Shown here piece by piece: positions 18,525-28,543 of a stretch of DNA of 64,000 nt. The notes below the pieces were generated by a model. The model saw only the letters and a program-made list of their open reading frames with translations. It did no database searches and was not told the DNA's origin. The stretch is taken from positions 31,823-95,822 of IMG/VR virus record IMGVR_UViG_3300042922_000911; one strand, written 5' to 3'. Source of the DNA: a virus. The translations under genes and the position numbers were made by a program. Position 1 is the first letter of the stretch. Every line of letters begins with the position of its first letter.

Positions 18525-19139
18525 TTGAGCGCAAGGAACAACTGCAACTTCATCTGCCGCCTCGCCACCGACCCCGAGGTGCGCTATTTCGAGAACGGCA
18601 ACAGTGTCACCCGGTTCCGCGTGGCGATCGTCGCCGGGTGGGGCGAGTACGAAGAGGCCAATTTCTTCGATGTGGAGTTCTGGGGCCAGCGCGGCGAAGC
18701 TCTCGCCGAGCGGTTCAAGACCGGCGGGCAGATCGGCATTTCCGGCGAGCTGACGATTAACAAGTTCGACGGCAAGGACGGGGAAGTTCAAAAGCCCCTG
18801 ATCAAGGGCCAGGACTGGACTTTCGCCGGGGAAACCGAGGGCAAGGGCGGCGGCAACGGCGGCGGCGGCGATCGCCCTCAAACCCGCTCGCAGGGCGGTT
18901 ATAACGGTCAAAACCGGGGTAATTCCGATCGCCCCCAACAGCACCAGCGCGGCGGCGGCTCGCAGGGCGGGAACCGGGGCTATAACAACCAGCGCGGCGG
19001 CGGCCGTCAGGGTGGCGGGAACGGCTACCAGCGGGGCGGCCCGCAGCGCGGCAAGAACCTCGACCAGGGCAACGCGGAGGCCGATGCAGCCTTCGCCGGG
19101 ATGCCCGAGGACTTGGGGGCGTGGCCCGAGGCCCGCTAA
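18525..19139 (+). CDS. ssb: Single-stranded DNA-binding protein
   Basis: NNCNFICRLATDPEVRY...FFDVEFWG..GE OB-fold, Gly/Gln-rich tail; TTG start. Confidence 0.9.
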   Translation: MSARNNCNFICRLATDPEVRYFENGNSVTRFRVAIVAGWGEYEEANFFDVEFWGQRGEALAERFKTGGQIGISGELTINKFDGKDGEVQKPLIKGQDWTFAGETEGKGGGNGGGGDRPQTRSQGGYNGQNRGNSDRPQQHQRGGGSQGGNRGYNNQRGGGRQGGGNGYQRGGPQRGKNLDQGNAEADAAFAGMPEDLGAWPEAR

Positions 19140-19175
19140 GCTCATAGGTATTTTGTTACACAGGAGAGCCGGAAA

Positions 19176-20201
19176 ATGGCTGATACCGTTCATTTCGACA
19201 CCTTCCACCAGCCTAGCACGGCGGGGTTCTTGTGCCCCGTCTGTCAGGCGTTCTTCGGGGCCTCGACCCCGAAAGCCGCGCTGGAACAGCACGCTCGCTT
19301 CCACGTTCTCGGCGAGGCCCCCGTGCCTCACCGGGAAACGGCGGCGATCGCCCTGATCGGCCGCGAGATCCCCGTGCTGCCGGATGGCGGGTACGTGAAG
19401 CTCGTTGACTTCATGGGCAGCGATCAGCGCATCATCGACGGGGCGCGGGTGTCTTTGGTCGATGCGGCCGCCAAGAAGACGCAGAGCCTCGCCGGGCTGA
19501 TGGCCTACCTGATCCGCAACGCTCACACCAGCCCGCTCGAGCATGTGGTCTTCACGTTTGAGGTCTACTGCCCGATCTTCATTGCCCGCCAGTGGTTCAG
19601 GCACCGCACATGGTCGTTCTCCGAATGGTCAGGGCGTTACGGCGTGCTGCCCGACGCCTTCCACGTCCCTGACGACGCGCTTCTGTGCGGCCCGTCGGCC
19701 ATGAACAAGCAGGGCTCGGGCGCGCAGCTCGACGCCGGCAGCCGCTCGATGGTTCGCGAGCTGCTGACCCGCGTGCAGCGCGCGGCGTTCGATGCCTATC
19801 ACACCCTGCTCGGCCTGGGCCTCGCTGGCGAGAACGCCCGCATTCTGCTCCCCGTGGGCACCTACACCAAGTTTTACGCGACGGTGGACTTGAACAACCT
19901 GCTCAAGTTCATTGCCCTGCGCGAGGACGGCCACGCGCAGGCGCAAATTCAGGTCTACGGCGCGGCCCTGCGGCAGATTGCCGAGGCCGTGGTGCCGGTG
20001 GCCATGGACGTGTTCAAGCGTCAGGTCCTCAACGGGGCGCGCTTCAACGAGGGGCAGAAGGGCGTGTTGCTCGCCCTCGCGGCCGTCGCCGGCCGTCAGG
20101 CGATCGTCGAGCAGATGGACGCCGCGGGGCTCACCAGCAAGAGCGAGCGCGGCGAGCTGCTGGCGAAGCTCGGCATGGAAGCCGAGGGGGAGGCCGCATG
20201 A
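19176..20201 (+). CDS. thyX: Flavin-dependent thymidylate synthase with N-terminal C2H2-like extension
   Basis: HTSPLEH, RQWFRHRTWSFSEWSGRY ThyX motif, E.ARILLP, LR...HAQ.QI. Confidence 0.92.
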   Translation: MADTVHFDTFHQPSTAGFLCPVCQAFFGASTPKAALEQHARFHVLGEAPVPHRETAAIALIGREIPVLPDGGYVKLVDFMGSDQRIIDGARVSLVDAAAKKTQSLAGLMAYLIRNAHTSPLEHVVFTFEVYCPIFIARQWFRHRTWSFSEWSGRYGVLPDAFHVPDDALLCGPSAMNKQGSGAQLDAGSRSMVRELLTRVQRAAFDAYHTLLGLGLAGENARILLPVGTYTKFYATVDLNNLLKFIALREDGHAQAQIQVYGAALRQIAEAVVPVAMDVFKRQVLNGARFNEGQKGVLLALAAVAGRQAIVEQMDAAGLTSKSERGELLAKLGMEAEGEAA

Positions 20202-20989
20202 CCGCTTTCCCCGTCCCTTGCCAGCGGATCTACCTCGCCGGGGCGCAAGCGGCCTATGCCGACGACGTGCGCGGCCGGTTGCTGCTGTCGAGCTACGGCG
20301 ACAAGAACGTGACGCGCGTCATGGCGGCGCTCGAGGCGGGCGGCTGGCTGATTGATTCGGGTGCCTACACAGCCTGGTCGAAAGGCCGGGCGATCGACCT
20401 CGACGGCTACATGAGCTTTCTCGATCAGGCGCTCGGGGCCTACCCCGTCGATGGGTACTTCGCCCTGGACGTGATTCCCGGCCGCGTGGGCGGGATGCCG
20501 ACGGCCGACGAGGTTAAGCGGGCGTGGGAAGCGTCCATGGTCAACCTCGACCGGATGCAGGCTCGAGGCTTCGCGCCGATTCCGGTCTTCCACTTCGGGG
20601 CGGATTGGGCACGGCTCGACGAGCTCATAGCCGGGGGGTTCGACGTGATCGCCCTCGGCGGCACAGTCAAGAAGCCCCGGCCCGCCGTGCTGGCGTGGCT
20701 CGACGAGGCGTTCGCCCGCTACCCCGCGCAGAAATTCCACGGCCTCGGCTGCACCAGCGAGGCCCAACTTACCCGAATCCCCTTCTGGTCGTGCGATTCG
20801 ACTTCGTGGCTGACCCTCGCCATGTTCGGCGTGGGCGGCAACGAATGGCTGCTTCGTGGGCGATCGTCGAGGGCTCTTCGCCGCATCGGCCTGGTCGCCT
20901 TCGACGACCTCGCATCGAACGCGGCCCCCCGCAAACCACGCGCCCGGCGCAAGACGGTGACGCAGCTCCCCCTAGCCTTTGAGAGGTGA
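20198..20989 (+). CDS. dpdA: DNA 7-deazaguanine transglycosylase (TGT-like DpdA)
   Basis: IDSGAY, ALDVIP, IPVFH, IALGG, FHGLG, SCDSTSW TGT-fold motifs; immediately upstream of queD-queE-queC. Confidence 0.8.
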   Translation: MTAFPVPCQRIYLAGAQAAYADDVRGRLLLSSYGDKNVTRVMAALEAGGWLIDSGAYTAWSKGRAIDLDGYMSFLDQALGAYPVDGYFALDVIPGRVGGMPTADEVKRAWEASMVNLDRMQARGFAPIPVFHFGADWARLDELIAGGFDVIALGGTVKKPRPAVLAWLDEAFARYPAQKFHGLGCTSEAQLTRIPFWSCDSTSWLTLAMFGVGGNEWLLRGRSSRALRRIGLVAFDDLASNAAPRKPRARRKTVTQLPLAFER

Positions 20990-20993
20990 ACCC

Positions 20994-21446
20994 ATGACCA
21001 CGACGACCCCTTACGTCGCGACCGTGTGGCGAGAAGTCGAGTTTCACGCCAGCCACCAGCTTCCCTACCACGACGGCAAATGCGCGCGGCCCCACGGCCA
21101 CAACTTCAAGATGCGCGTGAGCGTCACCGGCCCCGTGCAGGACGACGACCCCGCGAATCCCGAGAGCGGCATGGTGATCGACCTCGCCAAGCTCGGCGAC
21201 CTGATGAAGACGGCCGGGGAGCTGTACTTCGACCACCACAACATCAACGAAACGACGGGCATCCTGTGCCCGACCTCCGAGCGGCTGGCGTGGTACGTCG
21301 GCATCTACGCCAAGCACCACATCGAGGCCCGCGACGGCGCGGCCTACGTGTCGAGCGTGAGCGTCCAAGAAACCGACCGATCGGGGGCGATCGTCGCCTT
21401 TGTCGGCAAGGGCGTCGAGAGCGGGAGGGAAGCGGCATGGGTGTAA
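20994..21446 (+). CDS. queD: 6-carboxytetrahydropterin synthase
   Basis: FHASHQLPYHDGKCARPHGHN, GMVIDL, FDH, PTSE, V.ET. Confidence 0.93.
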   Translation: MTTTTPYVATVWREVEFHASHQLPYHDGKCARPHGHNFKMRVSVTGPVQDDDPANPESGMVIDLAKLGDLMKTAGELYFDHHNINETTGILCPTSERLAWYVGIYAKHHIEARDGAAYVSSVSVQETDRSGAIVAFVGKGVESGREAAWV

Positions 21447-22108
21447 GCGTCAGCTACCCCGTCGCCGAGCTCTTCGCGAGCTTCCAGGGCGAGGGCGTCT
21501 TCGCTGGTCAGGGGGCCTTGTTCGCCCGCTTGATGGGCTGTGACGTGAAGTGCTGGTTCTGCGACCAGGCCGAAACGTGGCGACCCGACGCCGTGAAGCT
21601 CGACGGCATCCGGCACATGCACGGCTACGAGATCGCCGAGGCGCTTCACGCCCTCGTCGGTGGCGACTATGCCAAGATGCCCGAGCGGGTGATCGTCACC
21701 GGCGGCGAGCCGACCATTCACGATCTCGCGCCGCTCTTCCACGCCCTCGACGACATTGGGCTGAACGTCCATGTCGAAACCGCCGGGCACCGGCCGCTGC
21801 CCCGCGGGGCGCATTGGGTGACGGTCGCACCGAAGCTGGTGCCCAAGTACCCCGGCATCAACCGCGACACGCTGCTCGCGGCCCATGAGTTCAAGTGCGT
21901 GGTGACGGAACCCGGCGACATGGCCCGCTATGACACGCTTTTCGCCGAGCATCCGGTCTTTAACCACCTCAAGACGCCCGTTTACTACATTCCCGAGGCA
22001 TCGAAAGTCAACGATGGGGCCATTCTCGCGGCGATCGCCGAGCGGGTCGGCCGGGGCGGCCGGTATCGCGCCGGGGTGCAGCTCCACAAGCAGTTTGCGG
22101 TCAGGTAG
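21437..22108 (+). CDS. queE: 7-carboxy-7-deazaguanine synthase (radical SAM)
   Basis: E.FASFQGEG, CxxxCxxCD, VTGGEP, HVET, QLHK. Confidence 0.93.
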   Translation: MGVSVSYPVAELFASFQGEGVFAGQGALFARLMGCDVKCWFCDQAETWRPDAVKLDGIRHMHGYEIAEALHALVGGDYAKMPERVIVTGGEPTIHDLAPLFHALDDIGLNVHVETAGHRPLPRGAHWVTVAPKLVPKYPGINRDTLLAAHEFKCVVTEPGDMARYDTLFAEHPVFNHLKTPVYYIPEASKVNDGAILAAIAERVGRGGRYRAGVQLHKQFAVR

Positions 22109-22113
22109 GAAGG

Positions 22114-22809
22114 ATGAACCCCATGAACATTCGTCGCAGCGTGGTTGTGCTGTCGGGCGGGCTGGATTCGACGACGTGCGCCCTGATGGCGAACGCCCTG
22201 ACCTCGGTCGCGGCCGTGGTGCATTTCGACTACGGCCAGCGGCACGGCGTCGAGCGGGAATGCTTCGACTATTGGGCCAAGCGGCTCGCCGTTCCGGCCT
22301 ACGTCATTCCCGTGCCCTCGCTCGAGCTGGTGGGGGCGTCGGCCCTCACGGCCGGGCCGTTGGCCCTCGACCCCAACGAGCGGCACCCGCAGAACGCGAC
22401 GCTGCCGGCGAGCTTCGTGCCCGGCCGCAACCTCGTCTTCCTCACCCTCGCAGCCGCGCTCGCCGAAAAGCTCGGCGCGTCGGAGGTCTGGACGGGCGTG
22501 TGCGGCAACGACCACGCGGGCTACCCCGACTGTCGCCCCGACACGATGGAAGCCTTGCAGCTCGCCATCCGGCGCGGCATGGGCACCGACGGAATCAAGC
22601 TGATCACGCCCTTCATTCATCAGGACAAGGGCTCGATCTGGAAGGCGGCCGAAGCCACTGGCCACCTCGCCGAGATCATCGAGCATACGCATACCTGCTA
22701 CCGGGGCGAGCGCAAGCGGCGGCTCCCGTGGGGCTACGGTTGCAGCCGGTGCATGGCCTGCGACGAGCGCCGCGCGGGCTTCAACGCCCATTTCGGCGAT
22801 CGGAGGTAG
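22114..22809 (+). CDS. queC: 7-cyano-7-deazaguanine synthase
   Basis: SGGLDS, FDYGQRH, FVPGRN, YPDCRP, TCY...C..C..C. Confidence 0.95.
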   Translation: MNPMNIRRSVVVLSGGLDSTTCALMANALTSVAAVVHFDYGQRHGVERECFDYWAKRLAVPAYVIPVPSLELVGASALTAGPLALDPNERHPQNATLPASFVPGRNLVFLTLAAALAEKLGASEVWTGVCGNDHAGYPDCRPDTMEALQLAIRRGMGTDGIKLITPFIHQDKGSIWKAAEATGHLAEIIEHTHTCYRGERKRRLPWGYGCSRCMACDERRAGFNAHFGDRR

Positions 22810-22811
22810 CC

Positions 22812-23045
22812 ATGGACACGCAGATCGATCGGGTTGAAATGACCGTGCATGGTGTCGTTCGCGACGACCACGCCGCCGTTCCTTTCCGCGTGACGTTCTC
22901 GGGGCGCGGGGCGGTGGATGCCTCGCTGTTCTTCCCCGATGGGGTCGATGAAGAGGCCTTGTACCTGCCCATGCTGCACGCGGCCGTCATGGCGGCGTGG
23001 AAAGCCAGGCCCAAGAAGGCGACAGCGGCGAGGGGGGCGGATTGA
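22812..23045 (+). CDS. Hypothetical protein
   Basis: RBS GGAGG; coupled to next gene by TGATG. Confidence 0.5.
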   Translation: MDTQIDRVEMTVHGVVRDDHAAVPFRVTFSGRGAVDASLFFPDGVDEEALYLPMLHAAVMAAWKARPKKATAARGAD

Positions 23046-24358
23046 TGCTACGGAAGGGACTTGTCACCCGAAACGACCGCTGGGAGCTTCATTACGGCGA
23101 TTGCCTGAAAGACGGCATTCTCGCCTCGATGCCCGACGAGAGCGTTCACAGCGTCGTTCTCGACGGCCCGTATGGGTTCGACCCGAAGAAGGACGACTAT
23201 CAGGCCGGCGACGACGCCCCGGCAACCGCTGGCGAGGGGAGCTGGGACCAGGCCGACGCCCGGCGCGACATGTCAGACGCCGCCCAGGCCGACGACCTCA
23301 CCGAGGCCGAGCGCCTGCGGAACCGGCTGACCCGTGGGGTCAACTACCTCGACGGCGGCGATCGCCTCACCACCGACAACGAAACGTGGGGCGTGGATTC
23401 GGTCGTCGGCGGCTACGCGGCCGAGAAGGGCATGGTCGAGCTGCCCCGCTACATCATGCCGCCGGAAGCCATGTTCAACTTTCAGCTTTGGTGCGCCGAG
23501 TGGGCGCGCGAAGACTTGCGGCTGCTCAAGCCCGGCGGCTTCCTGCTCGCCTTCTGCTCGACGAAGTGCTATCACCGGCAGGCCGTGGGCATCGAAGACG
23601 CGGGCTTTGAGGTGCGCGACATGATCCACTGGATCTACGGCCAGGGCATGCCCAAGGGCACCATGGCCTGGAAGGCCTACGAACGCAGCTCCAAGGCCCC
23701 CGCCGGCCTGAAAGCCAAGAAGAAAGGCACGATCCTCACCACGCCCGAAACCGACGAGGGCCGCGCGCTCTTCGGCTGGCACACGGGGCTCAAGCCCGGC
23801 CATGAGCCGATCGTCGTCGCCCGCAAGCCGTTCAAGGGCACCATCTACGGCAACATGCAGGCGCACGGCACCGGGGCGTTCAACATCGAGGGCTGCGCGG
23901 TGCCCGGTGGCCTCGACCAGGACGACCGGCACCCGTCGAACGTGATTGTGACCCACAGCCCCGAGTGTGTGAAGGGCGCGGCGTGCGTGCCGTGGTGCCC
24001 CGTGCCGCAGATGGAGGCGCGCTTCGCTGGCGCGTCGGGCTACTTCAAATGCCTGTATTGGGAGCCGGGCGAGTGGGAATGGCAAGTGGCGAGCCGCTAC
24101 GTGCCCAAGCCCGGCAAGAAAGAGAAGGGCGCGGGCCGGGAACACCCGACCGTGAAGCCCGTGGCCCTGATGAAAGAGCTTACCCGGCTTGTGACCCCTC
24201 GAGGGGGCCGCGTGCTGGATCACTTCGGCGGGTCAGGCACGACGGGCGTCGCTGCCATCGACGAAGGCTTTTACCCCGTGCTGGTTGAGCGTGCCCCCAA
24301 GTACCTACGCATCATCCAGCAGCGTTGCGGGAGCGCACAGCTCCCCCTATTCAAATAG
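23045..24358 (+). CDS. DNA amino-methyltransferase (N6-A/N4-C, beta-class) with DGPY variant motif and acidic insertion
   Basis: LHYGDCL, VLDGPYG, RLLKPGG, GFEVRD..WIY..G.PK, HPTVKP..LM, LDHFGGSGTT. Confidence 0.85.
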   Translation: MLRKGLVTRNDRWELHYGDCLKDGILASMPDESVHSVVLDGPYGFDPKKDDYQAGDDAPATAGEGSWDQADARRDMSDAAQADDLTEAERLRNRLTRGVNYLDGGDRLTTDNETWGVDSVVGGYAAEKGMVELPRYIMPPEAMFNFQLWCAEWAREDLRLLKPGGFLLAFCSTKCYHRQAVGIEDAGFEVRDMIHWIYGQGMPKGTMAWKAYERSSKAPAGLKAKKKGTILTTPETDEGRALFGWHTGLKPGHEPIVVARKPFKGTIYGNMQAHGTGAFNIEGCAVPGGLDQDDRHPSNVIVTHSPECVKGAACVPWCPVPQMEARFAGASGYFKCLYWEPGEWEWQVASRYVPKPGKKEKGAGREHPTVKPVALMKELTRLVTPRGGRVLDHFGGSGTTGVAAIDEGFYPVLVERAPKYLRIIQQRCGSAQLPLFK

Positions 24359-24385
24359 GCCCGAGGCCGGGCCGGGAGGACCACC

Positions 24386-25033
24386 ATGGAGAACCACAAC
24401 CCCTTAACCCTCGACGAGCTCGCCGAAGAGCTCGCGCAGACGAGAACCGCGTGCGACGAGCTGGAAGCAGCCGCCGGCCGCTACGCGAGCATCTTCGACC
24501 GTTTCATGCTGCCCTTAGCTGCCGCCGCGGGCATCCCCGGCGTGCAAGACCCCGAGGTAGTCTTGCCCGAGGCGATCGCCCGGCTTGTTACACAGGACGG
24601 GATGATCGACCGGCGGAACGACCGGCTAAACCAGCCTGACGACGGCTGGAAGGGTGCATGCATGGCCCTCGCCCAGGTCGTCGCCGACAACCCGCGCTTG
24701 GGCCACCTGATGCCCATAGGGCTCGAGGTCAGCGTCACCGACCTCATTACACAGGCGATCACCTACCTGTCGCGCGACCTCGACAATGCCGAGGCCGAGG
24801 TGAAGAGCCTGCGCGAGCGCCTGCAAAGCGAGCAGCAAGCCCACGGCGGCACGTTCGCGCGCCTGAAAGCGGCGCAACGAGAGGCGGGCGCGGCCTACGA
24901 CATTCTCGGCGACGCCTCGCTCGCGGTGAACGTGGCGAGTGACGTGCTTCGCAGCGTTCGCGACGGCGTGCTGCGCGAAGACGTGCCCGAGGGCGTGGCA
25001 GAAACGGCCGTTCCCGAGGCCCCTGAATCGTAA
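24386..25033 (+). CDS. Coiled-coil hypothetical protein
   Basis: RBS GGAGG; heptad-rich; carries two TTACACAGG sites. Confidence 0.65.
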   Translation: MENHNPLTLDELAEELAQTRTACDELEAAAGRYASIFDRFMLPLAAAAGIPGVQDPEVVLPEAIARLVTQDGMIDRRNDRLNQPDDGWKGACMALAQVVADNPRLGHLMPIGLEVSVTDLITQAITYLSRDLDNAEAEVKSLRERLQSEQQAHGGTFARLKAAQREAGAAYDILGDASLAVNVASDVLRSVRDGVLREDVPEGVAETAVPEAPES

Positions 25034-25036
25034 CAT
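24997..25036 (+). promoter_or_regulatory. Phage-specific promoter GGCAGAAA-N26-TAACAT
   Basis: Same spacing as the other sites; upstream of the RNR gene. Confidence 0.5.
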
Positions 25037-25215
25037 AGGGGACAGAAACGCCCCCTTGCTCGACGCCCCAAGCGGCCACAGCAGCGCCTTTCGGCCGCGC
25101 TGGCCGGTTATGTTACTTGCATTGTTGAGCATTGATAAGTTTCCAGTCGAAAGTTTGCATACTAGCGCCTGAGTGTTTTACATTGGGAAACATTCGGCAG
25201 GAAGGAGCCACCCGC

Positions 25216-27648
25216 ATGATCACGGCAAACGCGCAAAGCGTGCTGGAAAAGCGGTATTACCTGAAAGACGACAGCGGCGTTCTGATTGAGAAGACGCCCG
25301 AGGACCTGTGGGGCCGCGTGAGCCGCGCCGTCGCTGAACCCGAGCGGGTTTACAGCGCCGAGGCCTACGACCTGGCCCAAGCCAACTTTTACGGCATTCT
25401 GCTCGCGGGCGACTTCACGCCCAACAGCCCGGCGATCGCCAACGCGGGCGCGCGCACCGGCCAGTGTTCGGCGTGCTTCGTGCTGCCGCTCGAGGACGAC
25501 CTGGGCGGCATCTTCGACACCGTGAAGCACACGGCACTCATTCACCAGACTGGCGGCGGCACCGGGTTCAGCCTGTCGCGCCTGCGGCCGAAAGACGACT
25601 TCGTGCGCTCGACCGGCGGCAAGTCGAGCGGCCCGCTCACCTTCGCCGACGTGCTGAACGCGGCCACCGAGAGCATCAAGCAGGGCGGCATGCGCCGGGG
25701 TGCCAACATGGGCATGTTGCGGATCGATCACCCTGACATTCTCGACTTCATCGAGTACAAAGACGACCTGACCAAGCTCACCAACTTCAACATCAGCGTC
25801 GCCGTTACACAGGCGTTTCTCGACGCCTACGACGCCGGCACCAGCTACGACCTGATCAACCCGCGCACCGGGGCCGTCACCGGAAGCCTCGACGCCCGCA
25901 CGGTCATGAAGAACATCGTTCACCACGCCTGGAAGACGGGCGAGCCGGGCCTTGCCTTCATCGACCGCATGAACGAGTATTGCCCGGTGCCCTGGATGGG
26001 GCAGTACGAGGCGACCAACCCGTGCGGCGAACAGCCCCTTTTGCCCTACGAGAGCTGCAACCTCGGCAGCATCGACCTCGCGAAGTTCGTCGTCGAGACA
26101 CCGACCGGCCCCGCGCTCGACTGGAACCGGCTGGCGTGGGCGATTCACGTCGGGACGCACTTCCTCGACAACATCGTGTCGATCAACCAGTTCCCGATCC
26201 CCGAGCTGAAACGCATGAGCGACCTCACGCGCAAGATCGGCCTCGGCGTGATGGGATGGGCGCGGCTGCTGCTGCTGCTCGGCATCGGTTACGGCAGCGA
26301 CGAATCGCTCTCGCTCGCCCGTCAGGTGGCCTCGTTCCTCGACTACCATTCCAAGCTCGCGAGCATCGAGCTTGCCAAGTGGCGGGGCAGCTTCCCGGCA
26401 CGCGCCGGGCACGAAGACGAGTTCAATGCGTTCTTCGACCGCATCTGCGCCGAGCGTCAGGCCAAGCCCGACCGTCACCCGTCGTGCGACTACATCAGCC
26501 TCGCCGAGCTGCAACGGCAGTACGGCATCAGGAACAGCAACACGACGACCGAGGCCCCCACGGGCACGATCTCGATTATCGCCGGCACCACGGGCGGCAT
26601 CGAGCCGATCTTCGCGCTGGCCTTCAAGCGGTGGCAGGCCGACATGCACATGCTGGATTCGGAACCGACCTTTGAAGCGTTCCTCGCCAAGCGCGGGTTC
26701 GACGCCGAGCGCCTGGTCGAGCTGCTGCGTCAGGTGGACGAGAACCACGGGACGCTGACCGGCCTCGACGTGACCCCGTACAGCGCCCATGAGCAAAGCA
26801 TCATCGACGCGGCCCGCCCCATCTTCACGGTGGCCCATGACGTGACGCCGCGCCAGCACATCGAAACGCAGGCGGCGTGGCAGGACTTCAACGATAGCGC
26901 CATCAGCAAGACCGTCAACTTCGACGAGAGCGCGACCGAAGACGACGTGGAAGAGGTGTACAAGCTCGCCATCCTGCGCGGCTGCAAGGGCGTGACGGTT
27001 TACCGCAACAACAGCCGCAAGCACCAGCCGCTCAGCGTCAGCGAGAAGCCCGCGGCCGACCTTGCGGCCCCCGAGGTGGCGGCGGCGATCGCCCGCGCGG
27101 CCGACCGCATTCTCGCCACCGAGCCCCGCGAGCGTCGCACCGACCTGTACGGGTACACCCGCGAGGTCAAGACCGGGGAGGGTAACTTGTACCTGACGCT
27201 CAACTACGACGAGCAGGGGTTGCGCGAGGTGTTCGGCAACCTCGGCCGCTCGGGCGGCACGCTCCACAGCCTCACCGAGGCGATCGGCCGGCTGGCCTCG
27301 CTCGCCTTGCAGTTCAACGTGCCCCGCGACGAGGTGGCGCGTGCCCTCGTCGGCATCCGAGGCCCCGAGCCGGTCGGGTTCGGCCCTCGACAGATTCTCT
27401 CGATCCCCGACGCCATCGGCAAGGCGATCGCGTCAGCTCCCCGTTCCCTTAACGGTGAGCTGCCCACGATGGAAGCCCCACGCGAGGCGATCGCCAAGCA
27501 GCCGGTTCCCGTCGCTGCCGAGGCCAAACGGCTCGAGGCCGTCGCCGTCTACGGCAAGTCGCCCGATTGCCCTGAATGCAGCTCTCGCCTCGACTTCGGG
27601 GAAGGCTGCATGACGTGCCATTCGTGCGGCTACTCGAAATGTAGCTAG
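25216..27648 (+). CDS. nrdJ: Class II (B12-dependent) ribonucleotide reductase with C-terminal TSCPD-like and Zn-ribbon domains
   Basis: PNSP, SACFVL, GGGTG, RRGANM, TNPCGEQPL, APTGTIS, ISKTVN, KGVTVYR; ends CPEC...EGC..C.SCGYSKC; no beta-subunit gene nearby. Confidence 0.9.
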   Translation: MITANAQSVLEKRYYLKDDSGVLIEKTPEDLWGRVSRAVAEPERVYSAEAYDLAQANFYGILLAGDFTPNSPAIANAGARTGQCSACFVLPLEDDLGGIFDTVKHTALIHQTGGGTGFSLSRLRPKDDFVRSTGGKSSGPLTFADVLNAATESIKQGGMRRGANMGMLRIDHPDILDFIEYKDDLTKLTNFNISVAVTQAFLDAYDAGTSYDLINPRTGAVTGSLDARTVMKNIVHHAWKTGEPGLAFIDRMNEYCPVPWMGQYEATNPCGEQPLLPYESCNLGSIDLAKFVVETPTGPALDWNRLAWAIHVGTHFLDNIVSINQFPIPELKRMSDLTRKIGLGVMGWARLLLLLGIGYGSDESLSLARQVASFLDYHSKLASIELAKWRGSFPARAGHEDEFNAFFDRICAERQAKPDRHPSCDYISLAELQRQYGIRNSNTTTEAPTGTISIIAGTTGGIEPIFALAFKRWQADMHMLDSEPTFEAFLAKRGFDAERLVELLRQVDENHGTLTGLDVTPYSAHEQSIIDAARPIFTVAHDVTPRQHIETQAAWQDFNDSAISKTVNFDESATEDDVEEVYKLAILRGCKGVTVYRNNSRKHQPLSVSEKPAADLAAPEVAAAIARAADRILATEPRERRTDLYGYTREVKTGEGNLYLTLNYDEQGLREVFGNLGRSGGTLHSLTEAIGRLASLALQFNVPRDEVARALVGIRGPEPVGFGPRQILSIPDAIGKAIASAPRSLNGELPTMEAPREAIAKQPVPVAAEAKRLEAVAVYGKSPDCPECSSRLDFGEGCMTCHSCGYSKCS

Positions 27649-27678
27649 AAGACCACCACGACAGGAAAAGACCACCAC

Positions 27679-28509
27679 ATGAAACCCGTTACCCTCAACC
27701 TCGTTAGCTATTCAGGCGGCAAGGATTCCGGCGCGCTTGTGCTGCACCTCATGGAGCAGGGCGTGCCGAATCTGGTGCTGGTGTTCTGCGATACCCATTG
27801 GGAACACCCGGCGACCTACCGCTATGCCTACGAGTTCGCCCAGGCCGTCGGCCTGCGCCTGCGGGTCGTCGATTCCGAGGGCATGGTGAACCTGTGCCTT
27901 CGGAAGAAGCGCGCCCCGTCTACGCGCGTGCGGTTCTGCACCCAGGAATTGAAGCTCAAGCCGTTTGAACGCTACGTCAAGACCCTGCATGAGCAGGGCT
28001 TCGATACGGTCGTCTGGATCGGCGTGCGCGCGGAGGAAAGCCCCGCGCGCGCCAAGATGCCCGAGAGCGAGCATTCGGATTACTACGATTGCGAGGTGCG
28101 ACGCCCCATCCTCGGTTACACCATCGACGACGTGAAGGCCATTCACGCCCGCCACGGCCTCGAGCTGAACCCCTTGTACAAGCTCGGCATGGGCCGCGTG
28201 GGCTGCATGCCCTGCATCATGGCGAATAAGGACGAGCTGAAAAGCATTGCCGACCGCTTCCCCGAGGTGTTCGACAAGGTGGCCGATCTTGAAGACAAGC
28301 TCGGCCGCACGTTCTGGACGGCCGGGGACACCCCGACCCGCTTCTGCTCCAAGGTGGCCGTCACGAAAGACGGCCGCCATGTGCCCGTGCCGACCGCGCG
28401 GGACGTGAGGACGTGGGCGACGACGGAGAGGGGCCAGGCACCGGGGCAAGTCCCGATGTTTGAACCCCCTGTGCCCGCGTGCAGTTCCAAATACAACCTA
28501 TGTGAGTGA
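27679..28509 (+). CDS. PAPS reductase-family protein
   Basis: SYSGGKDS PP-loop, FCDT.WEHP.TY, RFCTQELK, GVRAEES..R, NPLY..G..RVGC.PC. Confidence 0.85.
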   Translation: MKPVTLNLVSYSGGKDSGALVLHLMEQGVPNLVLVFCDTHWEHPATYRYAYEFAQAVGLRLRVVDSEGMVNLCLRKKRAPSTRVRFCTQELKLKPFERYVKTLHEQGFDTVVWIGVRAEESPARAKMPESEHSDYYDCEVRRPILGYTIDDVKAIHARHGLELNPLYKLGMGRVGCMPCIMANKDELKSIADRFPEVFDKVADLEDKLGRTFWTAGDTPTRFCSKVAVTKDGRHVPVPTARDVRTWATTERGQAPGQVPMFEPPVPACSSKYNLCE

Positions 28510-28511
28510 CG

Positions 28512-28543
28512 AAAGGGAGGCCGGATGCGGCCTCCCTTTTTTT
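28512..28543 (+). terminator. Intrinsic terminator
   Basis: AAAGGGAGGCC-GGATGC-GGCCTCCCTTTTTTT. Confidence 0.9.

Noticed and set aside
5898-25048. Extra GGCAGAAA / GACAGAAA boxes at 5898 and 25041
   Set aside because: No TANNNT at 25-26 bp downstream, so not counted as promoters
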